This document shows, one piece after another, positions 15,647 to 25,721 of a stretch of DNA of 64,000 bases. The position numbers and the translations under genes are program-made. Numbering within the stretch: the first letter of the stretch is position 1; every line of letters starts with the position of its first letter. The stretch comes from Anolis carolinensis (lineage: Eukaryota), in the NCBI RefSeq assembly GCF_035594765.1, contig NC_085846.1:13751190-13815189 (forward strand), given 5' to 3'. Below the pieces are notes generated by a model. That model was not told the DNA's origin. It ran no database searches and worked only from the letters and a program-made list of their open reading frames with translations.

Positions 15647-18600
15647 ATGTATGTATATCACATAAAATCCATCTGCTGATATGAGAACAAAATTATTATA
15701 ATTAGTGTGCTGTCAAAGGCTGAAATCACTGGGTTGCTGTGAGTTTTCCTGACTGTATGGCCATGTTCCAGAAGCATTATCTCCTGACGTTTCGCCCACA
15801 TCTATGGCAGGCATCCTTAGAGATTGTGAGGCATATTGGAAACTTGATCAGTGAAGTTTATATATCTATGGAAGGTCCAGGGTGGGAAGAAAGAACTCTT
15901 GTCTGCTTGAGGCAGGTGTGAATGTTGCAATTAATCACCATGATTAGCATTGAAAAGCCTTGCAGCTTCAAAGCCTGGCCAATTCCTGCCTGGGAGAATC
16001 TTTTGTTTAAAAACTCTAAAAACCGGACAGTAAATAAAGAACAATGCTCTGAAAACAAGGGTGTTCCAGACAGGAAACAATTAGGGCCAGCTAACACCAC
16101 CCAACAAAGGATTCCCTCAGGCAGGAGTCAGCCAAGCTTTGAAGCTGCCAGGCTGTTCAGGTGAATAATTGTAACATTTAAACTTGCCTCTAACAGACAG
16201 GAGTTCTTTTCCCACCCTGGACCTTCCACAGATATATAAACCCCACTTGCATAGTTTCCAACAAGACCTCACAACCTCTGAAGATGCCTGCCATAGATGT
16301 AGGCAAAACATCAGGAGAGAATGCTTCTTTCTGGAACATGACCATACAGCCCAGAAAACTCACAGCAACCCAGTAATTCTGGCCATGGAAGCTTAAGTGG
16401 CTGAGGGGGGAAAGGAAGGGGCCTGAGGCTGTCAGGAATGGTGGGAGTTGAAGTCCAAAACACCCGGAGGGCCCGAGTTTGCTTATGCCTAGACTAAACA
16501 CTGCTGTCATGTTCTTTTCATGACCATGTTTCCCCATCAGGCACTTTGAGATCCCTGCTGCGGCTGAGGCATCCCGCCTGTTTTGTGTCCCAGATTTTGT
16601 GGGTGACGCCTGCAAGACATTGGCTTCGCGCATCAGGGGAGCGGTGGCTGCCGTCACATTTGATGACTTCCATAAGGTGAGCTGTGGGTTTCTCACTCAT
16701 TCCCTTGCCTTTTCCCCCCTTTAAATCTCTGTCACTCAGAGAACTAGACACAAGTTCCTCTCTCTGTCTCTCTCTCATTGATCTTTTTCTTCCTTGGGTT
16801 TATGTTTCTTTGTGACCATGTTGAAGATTGTTGGTGAGTGGACATGGGCAGTCCTATCCACCCCACTGGTTTGGTCAGCTTCCCTGAAACCTACACATTG
16901 TAGCCTATAGTCCACTATGTGTTGCTTTTATCCAAAATATTAAAAATTAACTAGGTGTTTTTAATTACAAAAATGTGAGTCAAGCACTGAAAGGGTTAAA
17001 TGGATGCAATGACTCAGAAAAAGCTGCAGTTCAATATAAGCAGGTGTGCCTGTAGCTTGTTAGGCCTCAGTGTGAGAAGCTTTGGTGGGAGAAGCCCCTG
17101 GTTGAAGGCCTCGTGTGTAGAGCTACTGTGTGAAGCTTGGTGTGAGAGGAGGCTCTGTGAGAGCGAAGCTAGAAACTATTTATGTGCATGAGAAAGAAGC
17201 CTAGCATGGAAGGAAAGCAGGAAGTATAAAGAACTTTGTGCTACGGAAATCTTATTTTTGTAAATAGGGCAACAACCATATTATTTTGCTATAAAGAAAA
17301 GCCTCTGAAGGAAGATATAACATTGGTCTGTGTGTTTTTGTTCCTTTTTTCACTTTTGGCTACTGGTGCTGGGTCATGCTGCTGCTAATAATTTACTCTG
17401 CTATACTTTTAGGGGGAAGGTCTTTTGTTAACAAGCCCACTCGCCCAACAATTTTGGACCACATGAATTGAGCAAACAACTTATCTTTCAGAAGTTGTGA
17501 GGTTTGTTAGAAACTAGGAAAGTGGGGTTTATATATCTGTGAAATGTCCAGGGTGGGAGAAAGAACTGTTTGAAGCAATTCTGAATTGTGCAGTTGATCA
17601 ACTTGATTAGCATTGAATAGCCTTGCAGCTTCAAAGCTTGGCTGATTCCTACCTAGGGAAATCCTTTGTTGGGAGATGTTAGCTGGCCTTGATTGTTTCT
17701 TGTCTGGAATTCTCCTGTTTTCTGAGTCTTGTTCTTTATTTACAGTCTTGATTTTAGAGTTTTTTAATACTGGTAGCTAGATTTTGTTCATTTTCATGGT
17801 TTCCTCCTTTCTGTTGAAATTGTCCACCAGAAGCCTCTTCCTTTTTGCCTGTAGATAGGATTATAAGATAACCAACCTTTTGAATGTAGCAATATTTTAT
17901 GTATTACATTTAAAACATATATAGGTTCCATTTTCGGCATTTTATCTGACAATCACCCTGTGAGGTAGGTTAGGCAGAAATGGTTGGCATGAGATCCGCT
18001 AGCGAGTTTAACAGCTGAGTGGAGATTTGAACTTGGTTCTCTCCAGTCCTGATCTAACCTCTGCATTGCACTGGCTTCCTCAACACTGTTTAATGCTTGA
18101 AGAGGAAATTGGTTGGCAGTGCTCTCTCCTGGCGTCGGCGACTAATGCACTAGCTGGCATTAAAACTGTTTTTGGCTTCAGGGTGTATTTGACCGTGTGA
18201 TTGTGCTTGCTTAGGGGAAACAGAATCTGTGCTATTCTTTTACTGCAATTAATGTCCCTAGAACTCAAACCGCCTGATCTGTGCCGCCGTGTTTGGCTTC
18301 GATGGGGAAGGGACCCTGCGCACTTCCTTGCGCTTTGCCCCCAACGGCCTTGTCATCAGCAGCATCGATATCCAGAGCGTGGAGCCCGTGGACCAGAGGA
18401 CCCGAGATTCCCTCCAGCGTAGTGTGCAGCTTGCCATTGAAATCACCACCAATTCCCAGGAGGCAGCGGCCCGGTATGGAATAGTTTGGGAGGGACGTGG
18501 TGGACAGGTTCATGACATGGACCAGCCAAACTCTCAGCTGGATTTCATATATTTGTTTCCCAGATTGCGCCCCCTTCTTCTCTCTCTTCCTCTCCTATCC

Positions 18601-20068
18601 TCTCTCAGAAACACACATACAAAATATCTGGTTTGTCCTATTACCAAAGAAATACAATGAAAATTAAGACAGTTTTCAAAAAAGGAGTCAATACACCACC
18701 CATGTTAGAGTCTGAAGCGAGTCACAATATAAAACCGGTTAACACCAATGGCAAAAAGGAGTATTGGTGCAAAACCTACTGTCCAGAAACTGCAAAGATA
18801 CAAAATGGGGGACACCTGGCTTGACAGCAGTACTTGTGAAAAAGACCTTGGAGTCCTCGTGAACAACAAGTTAAACATTAGCCTACAATGTGATGCGGCT
18901 GCTAAAAAAGCCAACGGGATTCTGGCCTGCATCAATAGGAGTATAGCAACTAGATCCAGGGAAGTCATGCTACCCCTCTATTCTGCCTTGGTCAGGCCAC
19001 ACCTGGAATACTGTGTCCAATTCTGGGCACCGCAGTTTAAGCGAGATGTTGACAAGCTAGAAAGCGCCCAGAGGAGGGCAACTAAAATGATCAAGGGTCT
19101 GGAGAACAAGCCCTATGAGGAGTGGCTTAAGAACTGGGCATGTTTAGCCTGCAGAAGAGAAGGCTGAGAGGAGACATGATAGCCATGTACAAATATGTGA
19201 GGGGAAGTCATAGGGAGGAGGGAGCAAGCTTGTTTTCTGCTGCCCTGCAGACTAGGACGCGGAACAACAGCTTCAAACTACAGGAAAGGAGATTCCACCT
19301 GAACATTAGGAAGAACTTCCTCACTGTGAGAGCTGTTCGGCAATGGAACTCTCTGCCCCAAACTGTGGTGGAGGCTCCTTCTTTGGAGGCTTTTAAGCAG
19401 AGGCTGGATGGCCATCTGTTGGGGGTGCTTTGAACGCGATTTCCTGCTACTTGGCAGGGGGTTGGACTGGATGGCCCTTGATGTCTCTTCCAACTCTACT
19501 ATTCTATGATTCTTTGCTCTTGTTCATGCAAAAGTCCTAAGAAAATCAGTTTCTTTGTAAAGGTTTACTTGTGTGTGGGAAAGTTAGGGACTGTTTGGAT
19601 GGTAGTTCTTTCAGTCATTATTCTGGCCAGGAGATTCTGGGAGCCAGAGTCGAAAAAAGTAACTTTCCTAATACCTAGACTTGGCTTCATCTTGGAGGAG
19701 CCTTGTGAAATGCTGAGTCCTTGACATGATGAATCCCTAGTGCTGAGTTGGCACTTGCTGAAAGAGCCAAAAGCAGTGCCAAAGACAAGCAGACCTTCCA
19801 GCCTACAGAAATGGAGCTGCATATTATCTACTATTGCTACACCACTTTCTCAGCCAACCGTGGTTCCAAAGCATCGTATGATTAAAATTCATCCTGAAAG
19901 AATTTCCTAAAGTGATGCACCAGGTTATCCAATTTGGACCAGTTGCTGGACTCTCAATCAATTTATGCAAAACAAAAATATTATCCACTAAATAACAAAG
20001 AAAAATAATAACTAAGATAAAAAACAGGAATTGAAACAACCCCCCAAACTAAATATTTAGGAATAAAC

Positions 20069-20102
<34 letters not shown>

Positions 20103-23100
20103 GTATAAAAATAACTATGAAAAAACTGGAATGAAATTTAAAAAGACTAAAAAATGGATGAATTTGGAGTTCTCTATTCTGGGACATATTAGCTCCAATA
20201 AAAATGAATATCCTACCCAAACTCTGCTTCTTTTTCCAAAATATCCCAATTGATATTAAGGGAAAAGGATATAAGAAAAGGAATACCAAACTTACAAAAT
20301 TTATTTGGAGAAGGGGAAAAAAAACTAGAATAAAGATGAAAATTTTACAGGATGTTAAACAAAGAGGAAGACTTACCCTCTCAAATGTAAAAACTATACT
20401 GTGAGAAGCAGTTAAACTGAATTGGTTAAAAGAATGGTTCCATCTTGATAACCAAAGCCTCATAGTTTTTGAAGGAGCAGAGTTAAAATTTGACTTGCAT
20501 GCATACCTTATTTATGGAAAAAGTGGAACTGATATTAATTTCAATTTTAAAAATTCACCCTGAAGGACAATAAGATAAAGGAATAGGATAAAGCAAAGAA
20601 GAGTTACTTCTTTGGACTACGAGTCTCAGAATCCCTGAGCCAGTATAGTCAATTGCATTATTGTAGCCATTCTGGTTGAGGGATTTTGGAACCTAGAGTA
20701 CAAAAAAAGCAACTTTTCCAAATTCTGCTGCAGTTTAGATTCCAGGCTTTTCCCTCTCAAAGCAGAAGGAGCTGCGGATGGACTCAGGCGCTGTGATGAC
20801 AAATGTGCTGGCTCCTCATTTGATCTGCAGGATCTGCTGGCAGCTGGCAGCATAGTCCAGGTTACCTCCTTCGGGGAGAGGGAGCAGAAGGAGCTGTAGA
20901 TGGACTTGAGAGGGTACACGGCATAGGAAATGCTGACTGGTGATAAAGATATTGGGAGTGTCTTTTTCTATCAATCACGAAATAGTACAAAAAGTCCCAT
21001 GCTCTTTGATCTCCTTTTTGCTAACCATGGGATGAAATAAGGCAGAGCTTTGCAAACATTTCCTGTTGGTGACACATTTTTAGGCATGCATCATTTTGCA
21101 ACACAGTAATTTAATTTTACTAACTAAGCAAACGAGGTTAAACCAACTATTAAGAGATACACACATATAATTTGTAATAATGAAATACGTGGAGACACAA
21201 CGTATCTCACAAAAAGCTGTCATATATATATATATACACACGCACACATACATACACACACAAATATGATTTGTAAGATAGAAACATATATTTCCAAGAT
21301 TGATGTCATTTCTGAGTGTGCTCATGTGACACACCTGCACACTGCAGCTGACATACAGTTTGGAAAGTTGTGAAATGAGTTATAGAGGGCTATGCAAAAA
21401 TCTTGGAAATCTGACTTGCCCATCTCTGCAGCTTCTACGCTGTCATATAAAATCCAGATTATCTGCTATGAGCTGGATTATATGGCAGTGTAGACTCATA
21501 TAAACAAGTTCAAAGCAGATAATGTGGATTATTTGCTTTGATAATCTGGATTATATGCCAGTGTAGAAGGAGCCAGAGACTTTCCCAAATGCATTTCCTC
21601 CACAGCTCTTAAGGCCAATTAAAGACCTCCTGCATACTCCTGTCTTAAAGGGTGCTTTCAAAACATCCAAAGCACCTTGGAGTCATTCTCCTCATTTGTC
21701 CTTCTCAAGCAGGAATTGCTTGCCATCTCCACTACCACACATATACGTTTGTCTCCTTGGTTTTGCAGTTCTTCCTGGGGAATGCTTTTTAACAAACCCC
21801 TGGAAAGGATCCACTTTGCTTGACTTTCTTGTTCTGACCTTTGTTTCTCCCTTCTCTGGTTCCACTGCCTCCCTGCTCCCCCTGCCCTCCTCAACTTAGG
21901 CATGAGGCAGAGAGGTTGGAACAAGAGGCCCGAGGACGCCTTGAGCGGCAGAAAATCCTGGACCAGGCTGAGGCCGAGCGGGCCAGGAAGGAGCTGCTGG
22001 AACTGGAAGCTCTCAGGTGAGGTGGTGGTGCATGGCTGTGCATCGTCTACTCAATGGCAAACAATTTCCCAATGGTTCAATTGTCCTATGCTCCTCTTCT
22101 TCCTCAGCACGGCAGTGGAGAGCACCGGATCCGCTAAAGCCGAGGCCCAATCACGAGCAGAAGCAGCGCGGATTGAAGGGGAAGGGGCCGTCCTGCAGGC
22201 CAAGCTGAAGGCAGAGGCAACGGCCATAGAGACTGTGAGTCCCTCCATTCCTTCCATGAACGTCTTCTAGTCTGGCTTCCTCTTGGCACCAAAACTCCTA
22301 GTTGCCATTTCTGCTCAGAGGGAGCACTTCTGCACTATATTGTCGAAGGCTTTCACTTCTGCACTGGCAAAACATAAACTCCCATCTCAGGAATGTGCCA
22401 CTCCTCTCCTTCCATTCCCTATCTATGAACCGGCCTTGTTTCCTCTCCTTGATTCTCAAGAGCTTGGGAACATAACTTTCTTGGACTCTAGCTTCCAGAA
22501 TTACCTTGTGAGCATGGTCACTTTGGGATTCTGGGAGTTTGAGTATAAAAAAGGTAATTGCTCTCAGCTTTAACTGTTAATAGCTGTCGTTTTTTTAAAT
22601 ATATATATATAAATATCAATCTCTGCAGCAGGGTTTTGTAGCCCCAGGGCATTTGTAGTAATGGAGAAGCATTGCAGTTTGAATGTAATTTTGTATTAAT
22701 TAAGATCATAATGTATCCTATGCAAGACCTGCTGTCAGAAGGAGCTTGACAGCTTTAAAGTCCAGTGGTTGGAGAAATCCAGCCATGCTAAGAGACTGAG
22801 AATGGGAAACATGCCTGATCTTGTGGGAGGAGAGATCCCAGAATCCTAATAGTCTTGTTGGCTGCGGGATTTGGGGAGCTGCCATCTAAAATTGTAAACT
22901 TTCTGAACTCTGCTAAGATAGTTTCAATCTTAGAGATGGCAGGCCAGATCCAGATGTCTTTCCTTACATGGGAAGTATCTTGTGGGTTGTGAAGTGGAAA
23001 AGGTAGAGGATGGATAGGTTCTTCCAGAGCTGAAAGTGTGCAAATCATAGCAGAATGTTCACATGACTCATGGCAGTGTTGTTTGGAGGAACATCAGGAG

Positions 23101-25406
23101 AGAGTGTTTTCCTTTCATTCACATATCTTTAGATCGAAGTACAGTGTTGCCCCAAAATGGGGGCTTTCCCCTCCAGCAGTCCCTTTACTCCCATAATTAT
23201 GCAAACACAATCCTTTGCAGGAATCTGAGCTGCAGCGCCTGGCACAGGCACGGGAACAGGAGTTGCGCTTCTCCAAGGCTCAGGCTGACCTGGATGTTGC
23301 CCGGGCTGAGGCTTTGGCTACTGTCGAAGTGAAGAAATTTGAAGCTGTGATTAAGTCACTGGGAGCCAACACGATCCGGGACATTGCAGTGGCCGGGCCT
23401 GAGATGCAGGTGAGAAACACAATCAGGGTGACCTAGAAAATAGGGCTGTCGTTTTATCCGGCAAAGTGTATGTTTTGCACCCAGAACCTCCCAAATACAG
23501 TTTCTATCTGACATCTCTTTTAGGAAAGGATCAGGTAGCAGGAGCTGAATATGATTGTCGCTTGAGACCCTAGAGAGCCCTTTCTACCCAAAATAGATAA
23601 TGCTGAGCCAGATGGACAAATTGTTTGAGCCTCCAGAAGGCAACTTATTGCCTTCCTAAGGACCTGAGGGATGTTTGGGGGAAAACAGACCTTGAGAGTC
23701 CAGTCAGCCTTCCACATTTGCTGGGGTTAGTGACACAAAACCCCCATGAACATGAAAAACAGTGAATAAAGACGTTGCTATTGTTTTTACCGGAGAGAAC
23801 CCCTCTCTAGGAATGCCTGGGTGGAAACTGACCAGAGAATCACATGGGAGAACCTGGAGCAAAGCTTTTCAAACTATGTGTCACAATGTATTTGTATGTC
23901 TGCTGCAGTTTGTAGGTGTGTCATGCAAAATGTAAAAAGAAACCTCTTATACATTAAAAAGTAAAGGTAAAGGTTTTCCCCTGATATTGTCTAGTTGTGT
24001 TCAATTCTGCGGGTTGGTGCTCATCTCCATTTCTAAGCCGAAGAGCCAGCATTATCCGTAGACACCGCCAAGGTCATGTGGCCGGCATGACTGCATGGAG
24101 TGCCATTATCTTCCCGCCAGAGTGGTACTTGTTGATCTACTCACATTCGCATGTTTTTGAACTGCTAGGTTGGCAGAAGCTGGCGCTAATAGCGGGAGCT
24201 CACTCTGCTCCCCGGATTCGAACTGCAGATCAGCAAATTCAGCAGCTCAGTGGTTTAACCCACTGCATCACCAGGGGCTCCCTCTTATGTTAAATAAGCA
24301 ATAAATCATTTATTTTTTAAAATAGAAAGGGAAGATTTTCATGAGATGTCTCTCCAATCCCCATACACTTCATTAATACAATTTATGTATGTGTCCATAT
24401 TTCTTGTAAGTGGTTAGTTAAATCTCCGGTTTGCTAGTAAAACTGAATTAATGTGTCGTGAAATGATGCATGTCTAAAAAGTATGTCACCAAAATGAAAT
24501 GTTTGGAAAGCTCCGACTTAGAGATTCCTAGGGAGGTGTTCTTTCTAGAAACCTCTAGGTTCTCCAGCATGACCAGAGGAAGTTGACCGTAGAATCTTCA
24601 TCAAATCCACAAATGTGGAGGGACAATTGTATTTACAGCATTTACAGAATTTCTATTCCGTCCTTCTCCCCCTGAAGGGGACTCAGGGCGGCTCACAGAG
24701 CATACATATGCGGCAAATGTTCAATGCCATTTATAGACAGACAATTGTACATAGATAGAGGCATATAGGCTTTTCCCATCGTCGGCATCTTAGAGGCTTG
24801 TGCTTCGTTCCAGCTACTGGGGGTGGGGAGGGGGTGCTGTTGCTCTATCTCCCTACTGAAGAGCTTTGTTTGTAAACTTCCTCCTTTGATTGAATTTTCC
24901 TGGCATTTCCTTATGGATGCCTTTAAAATACCTCCCTGCTTTTAAGCGGTACCTATTTATCTACTTACATTTTACTTTCAAACCGCTAGGTAGGCAGAAG
25001 CTGGGCTAAAGGATAGGAGCTCACCCTGACCCAGGCTTCAACTGTCAAACCTCTTGATAGACAAGATTTTACTGCAGCTGGTGGTTTAATCTGCTGTGCT
25101 AAAGTATTGGCAACCAAACTGGGGTATGTTCCTGTTTTGGACTAAAATTACGAGAAACCCGTAGCCCAAAGCAAGAACGATCTCAAACTTAGATTTAGCA
25201 ATGGAGAATTAGAAGTCTTATAATCTGGCTTTATTAACAAAGGAGCCCTGGAGATGAAATGTCCGCTTCTTCTTTTCCCACAGGCGAAACTGCTCCAGGG
25301 TCTGGGCATCAAGTCCACGCTGATCACAGATGGATCCTCCCCTATCAACCTCTTCACAGCCGCAGGGGGGCTGCTGGGCATCCTCCCCAAACCTTCAGAG
25401 TCCTGA
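711..25406 (+). CDS. MVP: Major vault protein, 16 coding exons, 843 aa
   Basis: GT-AG exons joined in phase: 711-832, 2893-3088, 4799-4922, 5608-5739, 5824-5918, 6797-7033, 8193-8318, 9593-9751, 11415-11653, 14122-14319, 16541-16676, 18262-18473, 21900-22016, 22108-22234, 23221-23409, 25284-25406 (2532 nt). Translation has vault repeats ([41 protein letters not shown]), shoulder domain ([30 protein letters not shown]), cap helix and [12 protein letters not shown]. The 5' UTR exon and promoter lie upstream of the window. Confidence 0.97.
1181..1503. mobile_element. Tc1/mariner-type MITE
   Basis: TIR CAGTAGAGTCTCACTTATCCA ... TGGATAAGTGAGACTCTACTG flanked by TA on both sides. Confidence 0.85.
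2273..2490 (-). mobile_element. Anolis-type tRNA-derived SINE (degenerate)
   Basis: CAGGAGCGACTTGAGAAACTGCAAGTCACTTCTGGTGTGAGAGAATTGG.. recognised as a common anole SINE, preceded by a poly-T tail. Confidence 0.6.
9788..9841. repeat. (AAT)n microsatellite at the tail of a LINE 3' end
   Basis: About 18 AAT units followed by CCCGCCCCATCTCCCC..GGGGCGGCTTACA. Confidence 0.9.
12510..13070 (-). mobile_element. Penelope-like element 3' fragment
   Basis: Pseudo-LTR sequence (TGTTGTTGAAGGCTTTCATGGCTGGAATCAC..) plus the degenerate GIY-YIG C-terminus shared with 45900-46910. Confidence 0.8.
14505..15347. mobile_element. Tc1/pogo-type non-autonomous DNA transposon with internal AT-rich minisatellite and nested short retroelement
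   Basis: TIR CCGTATATACTTGAGTATAAGCC ... GGCTTATACTCCAGTATATACAG with TA flanks. Internal (AATAATAGAGTAAAATAATAAATGT)n. Nested insertion at about 14795-15020. Confidence 0.75.
15710..16393. mobile_element. Penelope-like element, inverted pseudo-LTR pair
   Basis: Minus copy about 15710-16005 joined to plus copy about 16010-16393. Confidence 0.8.
17490..17830 (-). mobile_element. Penelope-like fragment
   Basis: Similar to 12640-12970. Confidence 0.7.
18736..19510 (+). mobile_element. CR1 LINE 3' fragment
   Basis: [49 protein letters not shown]; [13 protein letters not shown]; 3' end (ATTCTATG) repeat; one frameshift. Confidence 0.92.
19880..20545 (+). mobile_element. L1-clade LINE ORF2 fragment
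   Basis: [44 protein letters not shown] motifs; interrupted by (GAT)n. Confidence 0.75.
23960..24282 (-). mobile_element. Sauria SINE nested in a hAT-like element (about 23858-24515)
   Basis: AAAGGTAAAGGTTTTCCCCTGA tail, conserved body GGTCATGTGGCCGGCATGACTGCATGGAG, tRNA-like head. Confidence 0.85.
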
Positions 25407-25552
25407 TAGAGACCAAAGATGGGGGAACGCTTTTCGGCCAGACCTTCTTCCAAGTGCCTTAGGGATGAGAAGGGGCCAAGCCAAGCCTTTCCTTCTTGTC
25501 TGGACCCCGCTCGACAATGTGTGCCTTTCTGACATAGGGAGAGAAAGTCTAC

Positions 25553-25558
25553 AATAAA
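25553..25558 (+). terminator. MVP polyadenylation signal AATAAA
   Basis: AATAAA about 150 nt after the MVP stop, followed by a T/GT-rich tract. Confidence 0.7.
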
Positions 25559-25721
25559 CCTGATTCACTGCAGTTCCAGATTCTTCTTTTGGGTCCTGAG
25601 TGGTTTGGAGTGGTCTCCCTTAGATTTCTAGCAAGGTTTGGGGGAATAATCTTGACGATCAAGGAGAAAAGGTCAGAAGGGATGGGCTAAGATGGTGATG
25701 TCATAAAGGAGGTGGGTGTGA

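Noticed and set aside
16920-17450. Possible solo LTR (TGTTG...CAACA); similar candidate at about 3270-3800
   Set aside because: No matching TSD or second LTR, so it cannot be supported without a repeat library
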